Positions 47,361-57,131 are shown, numbered from the stretch's first letter. The stretch: 64,000 nt of DNA from an uncultured Alphaproteobacteria bacterium (GCA_902826885.1 CADEGL010000008.1:10819-74818), one strand, 5' to 3'. A program made the numbers and translations. Notes: generated by a model from the letters alone, not told the origin.

Positions 47361-47867
47361 CTAGTTCCCGGGCATCACCACCTCGATGTCGAGGCTGATG
47401 GTGCCGCCGGTGGAACCGACCGTGTTGCCGGTCAGCGCCAGGTCGTACCAAAGGTTCGGATCGGACGAGAGGCCGGCATCCTGCCAGACCTTCTTCTCGA
47501 CGTTGGCGACGTCGCGGGCCTCGAAGCCGATCTGCACACCGGCCGTATCGGCCGAGGCCAGCGAGACAGCGGAGGCATAGGCGTCGGCGTCCACCACGGC
47601 GCCGCCGTCCACAGCCGTGCGGTAAAGGCCGAGATCGTAGCTGGTACCGCCGGTGACCGCGTCGTGAAACTTGCGCACGCCTTTCACCAGCCAGGACGAA
47701 TGAACCCGTGCCATGCGGTAGACCGACCCGTCATTGTCCGAGGCACCCTGCTCCACCGTCGCGCGCAGGCATTTCACCTTGCCGCCCGCGATCTGGAGGT
47801 CGTTGAGCACCTGGGGGCTCGCGTCGGCGTTGGCGACCGACGCGCTTTTCGTATTGACCACTGCCAT
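47361..47867 (-). CDS. Phage structural protein (possible decoration/minor capsid protein)
   Basis: RBS GGGAG. 168 aa, beta-rich. Immediately downstream of the capsid-like gene. Confidence 0.45.
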   Translation of the reverse strand: MAVVNTKSASVANADASPQVLNDLQIAGGKVKCLRATVEQGASDNDGSVYRMARVHSSWLVKGVRKFHDAVTGGTSYDLGLYRTAVDGGAVVDADAYASAVSLASADTAGVQIGFEARDVANVEKKVWQDAGLSSDPNLWYDLALTGNTVGSTGGTISLDIEVVMPGN

Positions 47868-47973
47868 TGGAAAAACTCCCGATGAGGATGAAGGAAATCC
47901 GGCGCGGCGGAGCCGTGGCGGCGGGTGGTCCCGCCTTCGTCCACCGACGATGCGGCGGCCGCGCCGGAAAGGG

Positions 47974-48837
47974 TCAGGCTTCGGTGCAGAGGATCTCGAC
48001 CACGGATTTTTCCTGCATCCGGACGGCCCCGATCGACATGCTGAAATAGACCTGCATGGCGTAGGACTTGTCCGGCCGGTCGGAGATGTTGGCCTTCACG
48101 TCCTTGCCGATGGCAAGCAGCAGGCCCGATTTGCGCCAGGCGATGCAGCGCCGGTTGCCCGACGAAGTGCCGAGACGCTGGGTGCGGACGAACTTGAAGC
48201 CCAGGAACGTATCGATCTCGCCCCGCGCCAAGGCCTTGACCGTGTTGTAGTCGGCGCTCTTGACCTCCGTCGTGTTCAACAGATTGGTCACCTGTTTGGC
48301 CGAACAGGCCACATAGCGCGGCTCGTCCGGGTCGTTCTCCTCGGCATCGAGCAGCTCCTTGGCCGAGAGAAGCTTGGCCAAGGTCATGCCCGAGGCGGAC
48401 GCGCCCACCTGCATGCCGGAATCGAACGGCGTCGCGACTGAGCCTGTCTCTCCGGTGTAGGCGGTGGCAAAGGACGCAGCGATCAAAACATCGTCGATCG
48501 CCCGGCCCATGGCCGCGGCCGCGCCCTCCTGATAGGGCGAGGTGAACTCGTTCAAGGTGCGGACCTTGTCCTGGTCGTCGACCAGGTCGGCCCATTCGTA
48601 GTCGACCAAGGTGACGCGGCGCCGCGCGTGCGGCGTGTCGATCTGCGGCGTGTCCGCGTGGCGCACGAGGCGCGGCACGGCGGCGGTGATGCCGATCTGG
48701 TCGAAATAGGCGTTCTTGGCGTGGACGCCCGTCTCCACCCGCACCGCATCGCGCAGCCGGCTACCCTTCTGTTGGACGAGCAGCTCGACGCCCGAGCGGT
48801 ACTGCTGGACGAACGAAGTCGTGATTTGGGTGCTCAT
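47974..48837 (-). CDS. Putative phage major capsid protein (HK97-fold-like)
   Basis: RBS GGAGGG. 287 aa. First gene of the collinear structural block. The call rests on position and composition only. Confidence 0.45.
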   Translation of the reverse strand: MSTQITTSFVQQYRSGVELLVQQKGSRLRDAVRVETGVHAKNAYFDQIGITAAVPRLVRHADTPQIDTPHARRRVTLVDYEWADLVDDQDKVRTLNEFTSPYQEGAAAAMGRAIDDVLIAASFATAYTGETGSVATPFDSGMQVGASASGMTLAKLLSAKELLDAEENDPDEPRYVACSAKQVTNLLNTTEVKSADYNTVKALARGEIDTFLGFKFVRTQRLGTSSGNRRCIAWRKSGLLLAIGKDVKANISDRPDKSYAMQVYFSMSIGAVRMQEKSVVEILCTEA

Positions 48838-49141
48838 GTGAGCCCTCCGTCAGTTGCCGTTGGTTTTTCGGACTGGCGAAGAGGTTGCCCGCACATAAAA
48901 TTCGCGGACCTTTTCTTGCGCGCTGACGCGGCGCCGCTCGCGGCCTGCTTTCAGGCGGTCACCAGGGCCTCACGGTTGTCCCAGGGAAACTCGTCAGTGT
49001 TTCGGATCTTTGCGGACGTAGAAGCGGACTCTTTTTCCACCTCACCCGCTCGCACCCTCCCCTTCGGCGGAGAGAGTCGGGGCGAAATGGTCTATCCACG
49101 CGCACGCGACTCGCGCGGGGTGAACAGCGTAAGATGATGGC

Positions 49142-49966
49142 ATGGACACCGAGAAAAAGGTCGCCGCGCACTACACGCACGGCGCATTGGAACAGACCAT
49201 CCTCGACACGCTGCGCGCGGCGGGGAAGGACGTGGATCGGCTCACCGCCACCGACCTGTCTTCGGTGGACGAGTTCCATCTGGGCTGGCGCGACGCCACC
49301 ATCGCCTTCGCCAAGGACCTACGGCTCGCGACGGGTGCGCGCGTGCTCGATATCGGTTCGGGTGTCGGCGGGCCCGCGCGTTATTTCGCGGAGGCGCGCG
49401 GCTGTCGCGTCACCGGCATCGACCTGACGCCTGAGTTCGTCCAAGTCGCCAATGCGCTGACGCGCCGCTGCGGCCTGGCCGACAAGGCCGAGTTCCGCGA
49501 GGCCAACGCAGCCGGCCTGATGTTCGAGGACGCCGTATTCGACACCACGACCATGATCCATGTCGGCATGAACATCCCCGATAAGGCCGCCGTGTTCACC
49601 GAGGTGCGCCGCGTGCTGAAACCGGGCGGTAAGTTCGGCGTCTACGACGTCATGCGCGCGAAGGACGGCGAGGTTCCCTACCCGATGCCCTGGGCACGCA
49701 CGACGGAAACCAGCTTCCTGGAAACGCCCGCCGCCTATCAGCGGCTTCTGGCCCATGCCGGCTTCGAGATCGAATCCGAAACCGATCGCAGTGCTTTCGT
49801 GAAAGACCTGGCGCAAAAGCGCCGCGCGGAGGCCGCCAAGTCCGGCGCGCCCGCGCTGGGCCTCCATATCCTTGGGGCGGATATGAAGGAGCGGCTGGCC
49901 AACGTGACGGGCGCGCTAGAGAGCGGCCTGATCGCGCCGATCCAGATGATCGCGCGGGCAATTTGA
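49142..49966 (+). CDS. Class I SAM-dependent methyltransferase
   Basis: VLDIGSGVGGPARYFA (motif I), ...LKPGGKFGVYD... Confidence 0.85.
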   Translation: MDTEKKVAAHYTHGALEQTILDTLRAAGKDVDRLTATDLSSVDEFHLGWRDATIAFAKDLRLATGARVLDIGSGVGGPARYFAEARGCRVTGIDLTPEFVQVANALTRRCGLADKAEFREANAAGLMFEDAVFDTTTMIHVGMNIPDKAAVFTEVRRVLKPGGKFGVYDVMRAKDGEVPYPMPWARTTETSFLETPAAYQRLLAHAGFEIESETDRSAFVKDLAQKRRAEAAKSGAPALGLHILGADMKERLANVTGALESGLIAPIQMIARAI

Positions 49967-50032
49967 TCCGACGCAAGACTTGCGGCCTCGCCCATCGCTA
50001 AGCTCTCCTCCCACAAGAACGGGAGACGCGAC

Positions 50033-50665
50033 ATGGCGAATGAAAATGATCCGCAAAGCGGCACGGTGCGCGTGTGGGACCGCTTCGTGCGTGTGTTCCA
50101 CTGGGCCCTCGTCGCCGCCTTCATCGCGGCTTATTTTTTGAGCGAGGACGAGACACTGACGCTTCACACCTGGGCGGGCTACACGGTGGCGACGCTCGTC
50201 CTGGCGCGCATCGTCTGGGGCCTGATCGGCCCGCGCTATGCGCGCTTCACGGATTTCGTCTACCGCCCTTCCGAGGCGCTGACCTACCTGAAGAACCTTT
50301 TCTTATTTCGCGCGGACCGCTATCTGGGGCACAGCCCGGCTGGCGGGCTGATGGTGGTCGCCCTTCTGGTCAGCCTCCTGCTAACCACGTTCTCCGGCAT
50401 GGCGTATTACGGCACGCGCAGCGAGACGGACGGGATCGCCACTTTCGTCTCGCGCGACGTGATCGGCTTAGAGCCGGTGCCGCCTGCCCTCTACAAAGGC
50501 GAGATGCGCGACCGGGGCAACCACGACGTGAAGGAGCTGCACGAAACCTTCGTCAACATCACGATCATCCTGATCTTCGCCCATATCGCGGGTGTCGTGC
50601 TGGCCAGCCTCGCGCACCGCGAAAACCTGGTTCGGTCGATGATCACGGGCGGTAAGCGACGTTAG
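50033..50665 (+). CDS. Cytochrome b561-family (prokaryotic b-type cytochrome) membrane protein
   Basis: RVFHWALVAAFIAAYF (His ligand context). Four TM helices. ...LIFAHIAGVVLASLAH. Confidence 0.8.
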   Translation: MANENDPQSGTVRVWDRFVRVFHWALVAAFIAAYFLSEDETLTLHTWAGYTVATLVLARIVWGLIGPRYARFTDFVYRPSEALTYLKNLFLFRADRYLGHSPAGGLMVVALLVSLLLTTFSGMAYYGTRSETDGIATFVSRDVIGLEPVPPALYKGEMRDRGNHDVKELHETFVNITIILIFAHIAGVVLASLAHRENLVRSMITGGKRR

Positions 50666-51459
50666 ACGGCCGGCCGGCCCGCGGGCGGCGTATGGGCCTT
50701 GAGACCGCGCTGAACCAGCTTGTTCCAGGCATCCTCGGCATCGTCGGCGAAGGTGAACAGATCGAGGTCCGCGCGCTCGATCATCCCTTCCTCGATCAGC
50801 GTCTCGAAATTGACCACGCGGGTCCAATAGCGGCGGTCAAACAGCACCACCGGCAAGGACTCTTCGATCTTGCCGGTCTGGCGGAGCGTCATCAGCTCGA
50901 ACAGCTCGTCCAATGTGCCAAAGCCGCCCGGAAAGACGACCAGCGCGTTGGCGCGCATCGCCAGGTGCATCTTGCGCATGGCGAAATAGTGGAAGTTGAA
51001 GGTCAGGTCCGGCGTCTGGAACGCGTTGGGCTCCTGCTCGCGCGGCAGGCGGATGTTGAAACCGATTGACGGCGCGCCGGCATCGGACGCGCCGCGGTTG
51101 GCGGCCTCCATGATGCCGCCGCCCCCACCCGTGGCGATCACGTTGTCGCGCACGCCATGCTCCGTCGCGTGCAAGGCGCCGCCGCGCTCCGACGCGATCC
51201 GGCCGAAACGGCGCGCCTCGTCGTACCAGCGCGCCCAATTGACATGGGCCGCTTGCTTTCCCTCTTCCGCTGGCCGGGCGCGGGCGCTGCCGAACACCAC
51301 GATGGTCGAACGCACACCCCAAGCGCGCAGGTGCTCCTCCGCCTTGGCGTATTCCAGGAGGAAGCGCACGCCGCGCATGCTGTCGCCTAGGAGAAAATCT
51401 TGATCGAGCGCAGCCAGGCGATAGGCCGCGGCGTCGCGCTGGCGACGGTTGTCGGTCAT
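50662..51459 (-). CDS. LOG-family protein (cytokinin riboside 5'-monophosphate phosphoribohydrolase-like, Rossmann fold)
   Basis: VVFGSARA..., GGGGGIMEAANRGA, VVFPGGFGTLDELFE (PGGxGTxxE). Confidence 0.85.
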   Translation of the reverse strand: MTDNRRQRDAAAYRLAALDQDFLLGDSMRGVRFLLEYAKAEEHLRAWGVRSTIVVFGSARARPAEEGKQAAHVNWARWYDEARRFGRIASERGGALHATEHGVRDNVIATGGGGGIMEAANRGASDAGAPSIGFNIRLPREQEPNAFQTPDLTFNFHYFAMRKMHLAMRANALVVFPGGFGTLDELFELMTLRQTGKIEESLPVVLFDRRYWTRVVNFETLIEEGMIERADLDLFTFADDAEDAWNKLVQRGLKAHTPPAGRPAV

Positions 51460-51472
51460 GTGCGCGGCGGAG

Positions 51473-52048
51473 TCAGCGCGGCTCGGTCCAACTTTCCGCG
51501 AAGGCCAGGGCGCAGGTACTGAACGGCCGCCCATCGCGCTCCCGCTTCCAGGCGTGGCCCGAGGCCGAGACGCCATTATGCGTAAGCGTCGCGCGCGCGG
51601 CCGGGATCAGCACGGTCGAAAGCCCATAAGCACGGCCACCGGCGCCGGGCTGGGTATGGATCAAGAGGGGATCGCCCATTTGATGCCAGGCCAGCGCGAT
51701 CTGCTCGCCGTCGGCGGACACGGTTTCGGTCCAGGTTTCGTTCGGGTCACCCACTTTGCCGAAGTTTGCCTCGACCACCGCAATCGTCTCGTCCTTCAGC
51801 TCCGCATTGAGCATGCCCTGGACGGTCCGCTGCAGCCAGCGCGTGAGCTTCAGGTTGTCGGAGTAGATGCGCCAGCCTTTACCGGTCAGCTCGCTTTTGA
51901 GGTAGAGCACATGGCCCGGACCGGCCGGCGACAGGAAAACGCGCCAGTAGCTGGCTTCCGTCGTGTTTGGGCCGCCGTCCGTCTCGCTCAAGCGGATGAA
52001 CGGATTCTCGCCGGTGACGACGACGCGGTTGGGATCGACCGTACTCAT
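51473..52048 (-). CDS. Hypothetical protein (operon partner of sensor kinase and LOG)
   Basis: 191 aa with no recognisable motif. Spacers of 13 and 39 nt to its neighbours on the same strand. Confidence 0.5.
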   Translation of the reverse strand: MSTVDPNRVVVTGENPFIRLSETDGGPNTTEASYWRVFLSPAGPGHVLYLKSELTGKGWRIYSDNLKLTRWLQRTVQGMLNAELKDETIAVVEANFGKVGDPNETWTETVSADGEQIALAWHQMGDPLLIHTQPGAGGRAYGLSTVLIPAARATLTHNGVSASGHAWKRERDGRPFSTCALAFAESWTEPR

Positions 52049-52087
52049 GGGAAACCTCGATTTCGGTGGGCGCGACGGAACGCCAGC

Positions 52088-54223
52088 TTACGCCGGGGCC
52101 GAGCGCTTGCCCACCACCTCAGCCACGCGTTCCTTCGGCAAGCGCACGGTCACCGTGGTACCCCGGCCGACCGCGCTTTCCACCTGCATCGAGCCGCCAT
52201 GCAATGCGATCAAGTGCTTGCTGATCGACAGGCCGAGGCCCGTGCCGCCATATTTGCGCGCATGGCTGGGATCGGCCTGCCAGAACGGCTCGGCCACGCG
52301 GCCGAGATCCTCGGCGGCGATGCCTACGCCCGTATCCGCCACGCGCAACGCCATTGTCCCATCCGGCTCCGGCGCGGCCGACAGGGTCACGCGCCCGCCC
52401 GCGGGCGTGAACTTCACCGCATTGGACAAGAGGTTCAGCAGAACCTGCTTGAGAGCGCGCGCATCCGCCTTCACGGGCGGCAGCGTGGCGGCCACCTGGT
52501 CGCTGAGGTGCACGCCGGCCATGTTCGCGCGCGTCGAGGTGATGGTGAGGCACGACTGCGCCAGCTCGGATAGGACCACCGGCTCTTCGACCAGCTCGTA
52601 ACGGCCGGCCTCGATCTTCGACATGTCGAGGATGTCGTTGATGAGATTGAGCAGATGCTGGCCGCTGTCGTGGATCATCTTGCCATACTCGGGCACCGGT
52701 GCCTCGAGATCGGGCTGATCGCGAATGATCTCCGACAGGCCCAGAATGGCATGCAGCGGCGTGCGCAACTCGTGGCTCATATTGGCCAGGAACAGCGACT
52801 TGGTGCGATTGGAAGCCTCCGCCGCGTCCCGCGCCTCCGAGAGCATTTCCTGTTGCCGCTTGAGCTCGGTGATATCCGTGGCGACGCGAATGAGGCCGCC
52901 GTCCGGTGTCCGCCGCTCCGAGATCTGCATCCACCGGTCGCCGATCTGCTGCATGTCCACCGGCTCGCCCGGATGGCGGAACTGCCGCAAGCGGGTTTGA
53001 ATAAACGTCTCGGGGTCGAGACCGGGCGGCAGGCGGATCTGTCCGGTCTCCGTCCACGCCCGCAGGATCTTTTCGTACGGCACGCCCGGCTGATTCAGAC
53101 TCGACGTCTCTGGATAAATCTCGCGGTGGCTCGTGTTGCACATGACGAAGCGTTCGTCCGCGTCGTAAAGCACGATCGCTTCCGACATGCCTTCGATGGC
53201 TTCGTAAAGCCGCGCCTGCGAATCCTGCGCGCGCTGCGCCACCGACAGGTTTCGAATCAGCACGTAGACCAGCGCCGTCACGAGCGCCAGGATCGCCGTG
53301 ATAACCATGGCGCGATAGCCCGTGTCCCGCCGCCAGTTGGTCAGCGCCACGTCGAGGCGGATGCCGATGGCGACCACGATGGGCACGTCCGGCACGCTGC
53401 GATAGGACATGATCCGGTCGACCCCGTCGACGGGGGAGGGCGCGATGAATGTCCCCGCCGGCGTGTTGTCCAGCGCCTCGCCGATGGTTTTCGCCTTGTA
53501 GCCCTGGGCGTACAGCTCCGGCAGCGCGGGCTCGCGCACCAAAAGCTGGCGCTCCCCGTTGAAGATCCACACCGTGCCGCCCTCGCCGATGTCGAGCGAT
53601 TTGTAGAATTCGCTGAAATAGGCCGGGTCGACGATCGCCACCGCGACGCCGCCGAACGAGCCGTCCGGACGGTCTATGCGGCGGCTGACGGGGATGATCC
53701 AGTTTCCGGTCCGGACGCTTTGCACCGGCACGCCGATATGGAGATCCTTGGAGGGATTATCCCGATGGAAGGTGAAATAAGGCCGGTCGGAAAAGTTGCT
53801 CCGCCCGTCGGTTGGACTGATCGATTCCGCAAGAAGATTACCGTTCGAATCGATCAGGGCGATGTTGCGCACCTGGGGCAGCAATTCGTCCTTCGCCACC
53901 AGCGTGCGGCGCCACGCCGCGCCGTGCGCGGTTTGCGCGGGCCCCAAGGTTTCCGCGTCAAACACCATGTCCGCCAATGCCATATCGACGGCCTGGAACG
54001 CGCCGCCGGCATGTTCCTGCAGCGCGCTGACCAAGTTCTGGGCGTTCCGCTCGGCCTGATCGATGGCGCGCTTGTGGGTGCGCATGACCGTCGCCGCGCT
54101 ACCGACCACCACGATCGCGATAAAGACCGCGCCCAGGATGATGATGTTGCGGCGCAGCCGGCCCAGGGCGGTGGCCGACCTAACCGGTGACTGGCGCACG
54201 CTCTTTCCCGGACGAATCCGCAT
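52088..54223 (-). CDS. Sensor histidine kinase with periplasmic dCache-type sensor, PAS, HisKA and HATPase domains
   Basis: N-terminal TM helix followed by a periplasmic region of about 280 aa, then a second TM. PAS (LYEAIEGMSEAIVLYD...). H-box FLANMSHELRTPLHAI. G-boxes VADTGVGI and GGTGLGLSI. Confidence 0.88.
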   Translation of the reverse strand: MRIRPGKSVRQSPVRSATALGRLRRNIIILGAVFIAIVVVGSAATVMRTHKRAIDQAERNAQNLVSALQEHAGGAFQAVDMALADMVFDAETLGPAQTAHGAAWRRTLVAKDELLPQVRNIALIDSNGNLLAESISPTDGRSNFSDRPYFTFHRDNPSKDLHIGVPVQSVRTGNWIIPVSRRIDRPDGSFGGVAVAIVDPAYFSEFYKSLDIGEGGTVWIFNGERQLLVREPALPELYAQGYKAKTIGEALDNTPAGTFIAPSPVDGVDRIMSYRSVPDVPIVVAIGIRLDVALTNWRRDTGYRAMVITAILALVTALVYVLIRNLSVAQRAQDSQARLYEAIEGMSEAIVLYDADERFVMCNTSHREIYPETSSLNQPGVPYEKILRAWTETGQIRLPPGLDPETFIQTRLRQFRHPGEPVDMQQIGDRWMQISERRTPDGGLIRVATDITELKRQQEMLSEARDAAEASNRTKSLFLANMSHELRTPLHAILGLSEIIRDQPDLEAPVPEYGKMIHDSGQHLLNLINDILDMSKIEAGRYELVEEPVVLSELAQSCLTITSTRANMAGVHLSDQVAATLPPVKADARALKQVLLNLLSNAVKFTPAGGRVTLSAAPEPDGTMALRVADTGVGIAAEDLGRVAEPFWQADPSHARKYGGTGLGLSISKHLIALHGGSMQVESAVGRGTTVTVRLPKERVAEVVGKRSAPA

Positions 54224-54283
54224 AGTGGGATAATGTTAGAGGAGAAGGGTTTGCCGCGCCAGGAACGCCACGCCCAACCCGCC

Positions 54284-56047
54284 TTAGGCACCAGGAGGCA
54301 CGTCCAACGGTGCCGTCTCCGGCGGCTTTTCGGCCAGAACCGGTTCGTCGGTCGCGCGCGGCAGGGGCATTTGGACCGAAATATAGTCCCGGCCATAGAA
54401 CTGCCGGTGCTCGACATGCAAGGCCAACCCCCGGATCGCTTCCAAATGCTCGTCCGCGCTGGTGTCGGTCAGAAGATTCTGCGCCAGGTTCGGGCCGACG
54501 AACTCGGCCTCCGCGAGGCCGCTTGCCCGCTTGAGGACCAGACGCACGGCGTGCCCCGGCCCGGTCTGCCCGGCGATATAGGCAAAGGTTTCATCCGTCG
54601 CGATGGCCAGGCGGCCGGTCGCGATTTTGCTCCACCCCGCCCGCGCACAGAAGGCGAGGACGGCGGCGCGCAGTTTTTCGACACCCGCCTTGTCCGTGGA
54701 CAAGTCGATCTTGACCGCGCGCCCCTTGCCCGCCTGCAGCAAACCCATCAGCACGATGGCGACGATGCCGCCGGAGGTGGTGCCGCTGCCGAACATGGTG
54801 GTGAACCAGGCCGGCATCTCGGCGTTGAACAGCCACTTGTTCTGCATCGCCACGCCGATCCAGAAGCTGATCGTGACGACAAAGCCGGTCGCGAAATCGG
54901 GCCGCCCCTCGTTCACGAGACGCAGGCCATGGCTGAACAAAAGGGCCAAGAGCACCGCGATATAGGCGCCGACCACGGGGTTCGGAATCGCCATCAGGAC
55001 GGCGGCCAGCTTGGGCGAGAAGGCGATCAGGATCAGAAACGCGCCGCCGAAATAGGCGACCTGCCGGGCCGCGATGCCGGTGATTTCAGCCACCGCCACG
55101 CTGGTCGAATAGACGGTGTTCGGCACCGTGCCGGCCATGCCGGACAGAAGATTGCCCACGCTGTCTGCGTTGATGGAGCCTTGCACGGCGCGGAAATCGA
55201 TCGGCTTCTGCTTGCGCAACGCGACGCGCTGGACGGCGGTCGCGTCGGCATAGGTCTCGATACCGCCCACGAGCGTCACGATGGCGAAGGCCGGCAAGAG
55301 CGTCCAGAAATCGGTGCCGAAACTCAAATCCAGGCCCGGCCACGCGGCGCTCGGCAGGCCGACCCACGGCGCGGCCGCGATGGCCTGGAGTGAGATCAAC
55401 CCCTCGGCATAGGCGACTGCGCAACCGAGGCCGACGCCGATCAGGGGCGCCCACAGCCGCAAGCGGGGGCCCGCGAAGATGATGATGACGATGATCGAGA
55501 CGAAGGTCGCCGCCGCCGAGGATTGATGCGGTGTGGTCGAGTTCACGCTGGCCGGCAGCTTCGCGATCAGGTCGATCGCGATCGGCATGATGCTGACCGC
55601 GATCAGCATGACCACCGTGCCTCCCACGGCGGGGGTGATGATTTGGCGCAGCCGTCCGAGGCTCATGGAGAAGGCGAATTGCACGAAGCCGGACACCGCC
55701 ACGAGCGTGGCCATCAGCGCCAGGCCGCCCGCCGCGATCGCGTCCAGCGACACCGGCACATAGGCGCTGTTCGAGCCCATGAACAGCACGAAGCCACAGC
55801 CGAAAATCCCGACGCGCGAGGCCTGGAGGAGCGTGACGAGGCCGCACACGATCAGCGCTGCGAAGATGAGCCAGCTGGCCTCGCTTTCCAGGCCCGCCGC
55901 GCGCGTGATGACAAGGGGCGCCAGCACGATGCCGGCGAGGATGAGGGCGACGATCTGGCCGCCGACCAACGCCGCGACCGGCAAGGGCGCCTTTTCGGTC
56001 GCGTCATAGCGCAGATTGACGACGCTGGATTCGGCCTCTGCGCTCAT
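54284..56047 (-). CDS. NCS2/xanthine-uracil-permease-like (or SulP-like) transporter with ~130-aa C-terminal cytoplasmic extension
   Basis: About 12-14 TM helices (GGQIVALILAGIVLAPLV...). The C-terminal soluble domain (KIDLSTDKAGVEKLRAAVLAFCARAGW...) is possibly STAS- or GHKL-like. Confidence 0.6.
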   Translation of the reverse strand: MSAEAESSVVNLRYDATEKAPLPVAALVGGQIVALILAGIVLAPLVITRAAGLESEASWLIFAALIVCGLVTLLQASRVGIFGCGFVLFMGSNSAYVPVSLDAIAAGGLALMATLVAVSGFVQFAFSMSLGRLRQIITPAVGGTVVMLIAVSIMPIAIDLIAKLPASVNSTTPHQSSAAATFVSIIVIIIFAGPRLRLWAPLIGVGLGCAVAYAEGLISLQAIAAAPWVGLPSAAWPGLDLSFGTDFWTLLPAFAIVTLVGGIETYADATAVQRVALRKQKPIDFRAVQGSINADSVGNLLSGMAGTVPNTVYSTSVAVAEITGIAARQVAYFGGAFLILIAFSPKLAAVLMAIPNPVVGAYIAVLLALLFSHGLRLVNEGRPDFATGFVVTISFWIGVAMQNKWLFNAEMPAWFTTMFGSGTTSGGIVAIVLMGLLQAGKGRAVKIDLSTDKAGVEKLRAAVLAFCARAGWSKIATGRLAIATDETFAYIAGQTGPGHAVRLVLKRASGLAEAEFVGPNLAQNLLTDTSADEHLEAIRGLALHVEHRQFYGRDYISVQMPLPRATDEPVLAEKPPETAPLDVPPGA

Positions 56048-56105
56048 GGTGGTCTCGAAAGGGCTTGCGGAAAAATATCGGGCGGGCCGACCTTGTAGCG
56101 CGGTT

Positions 56106-57131
56106 TCAGCCCGTTGCCCAGATGCGCCCGAGGACGCGCACCAGATTCTCCCCCAGCACGGCGCGGATATCCGCCTCGTGCCAGCCGCGCGCGACCAGCG
56201 CCCGTGTCAGGTTGACCAGCTCGGCCGGCGAGCCGCAGTCGGACAGATAGCGCGTCTTCACGTCGTTGCCGAAGGCGGCGGCATACGTGTTCACGTTGCC
56301 GGCATAGCGCTTCATGGTGCGCTCGATGATGTGGTTCACCTTGGCCAGGTCGCTCACGATCGGAAAGTCGGTGCCCAGCGACGCATGCGCGATGCCCACC
56401 AGCCCCACGATATGCTCCAGGTGCCGGATGAAATCCGACAGGTTGGGCCGGCGCGACGCATCGCCGTTCCAGCACATGGGGCCATAAACGCTGGCGCCGA
56501 TCAGTCCGCCCGTCCCCGCCACCGCCTTGATGACGGCATCGCTCTTGTTGCGCGGCACGTCGCGCACGGCTTTGGCGTTGGCGTGGGTGATCAAGACCGG
56601 CTTGTCGGATGCCGCCACGGCATCGAGACAGGTGCGCTCGGCCACGTGGCTCAGATCGACGGCGATGCCCAGGCGATTCATCTCGCGGACGGCCTGCCTG
56701 CCGAACGCGCTCAGGCCGTTGTCCAAGGGTTCCAAGCATCCACTGCCGATGAAGTTGCGCTCATTATATGTGAGCTGCATCACCCGCACGCCGAGCCGCC
56801 GGAACAGAGTCAGCCGCTCCAGCCGGTCGGCGATGGGCCGCATGTTCTGCCAGCCCATGATCAGGCCGACCTTGCCCTGCGCCTTGGCCGCCGCGATGTC
56901 CTTGGTCTCCAGGACCAGGCGCCACGGGCTATCCCGCTCGTCGAGCCGCGCGCACCAAGTTGCCATGTTGTCGCAGCAGAGTTCGAAATCGCCGGTCACG
57001 TCCGCGACCGTGATGTTGATGGCCGCCACGTTGCCCGCGATCAGGTTACCGGCATAGCCGTCGGAGCCGAAGCCGAGCCCGTCGACGATCAAGGCGTCGC
57101 GGTGGATCTCCTCGGGCGTCCGCGCCGCCAT
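56106..57131 (-). CDS. Membrane dipeptidase (peptidase family M19)
   Basis: ALIVDGLGFGSDG..., DLSHVAERT..., HANAKAV. The ATG overlaps the upstream stop (ATGA). Confidence 0.85.
   Translation of the reverse strand: MAARTPEEIHRDALIVDGLGFGSDGYAGNLIAGNVAAINITVADVTGDFELCCDNMATWCARLDERDSPWRLVLETKDIAAAKAQGKVGLIMGWQNMRPIADRLERLTLFRRLGVRVMQLTYNERNFIGSGCLEPLDNGLSAFGRQAVREMNRLGIAVDLSHVAERTCLDAVAASDKPVLITHANAKAVRDVPRNKSDAVIKAVAGTGGLIGASVYGPMCWNGDASRRPNLSDFIRHLEHIVGLVGIAHASLGTDFPIVSDLAKVNHIIERTMKRYAGNVNTYAAAFGNDVKTRYLSDCGSPAELVNLTRALVARGWHEADIRAVLGENLVRVLGRIWATG

Larger units (their letters stand above)
38499..48837 (-). mobile_element. Cryptic T7-like (podovirus-type) prophage remnant or domesticated phage-particle module. 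It carries structural and lysis genes only, without portal, terminase, replication or integrase genes in the cluster or its immediate flanks.
   Basis: The order is collinear: capsid-like, gp11-like, gp12-like, gp14-like, fiber, endolysin, holin. Genes are translationally coupled. An interrupting lower-GC insert sits at about 44.3-45.6 kb. The flanks are host genes (OMP on the left, methyltransferase on the right). Confidence 0.55.

Noticed and set aside
48959-49279. 106-aa minus-strand ORF
   Set aside because: It overlaps the methyltransferase gene start on the opposite strand and has no features.
52655-54190. 511-aa plus-strand ORF
   Set aside because: It is antisense to the histidine kinase gene.
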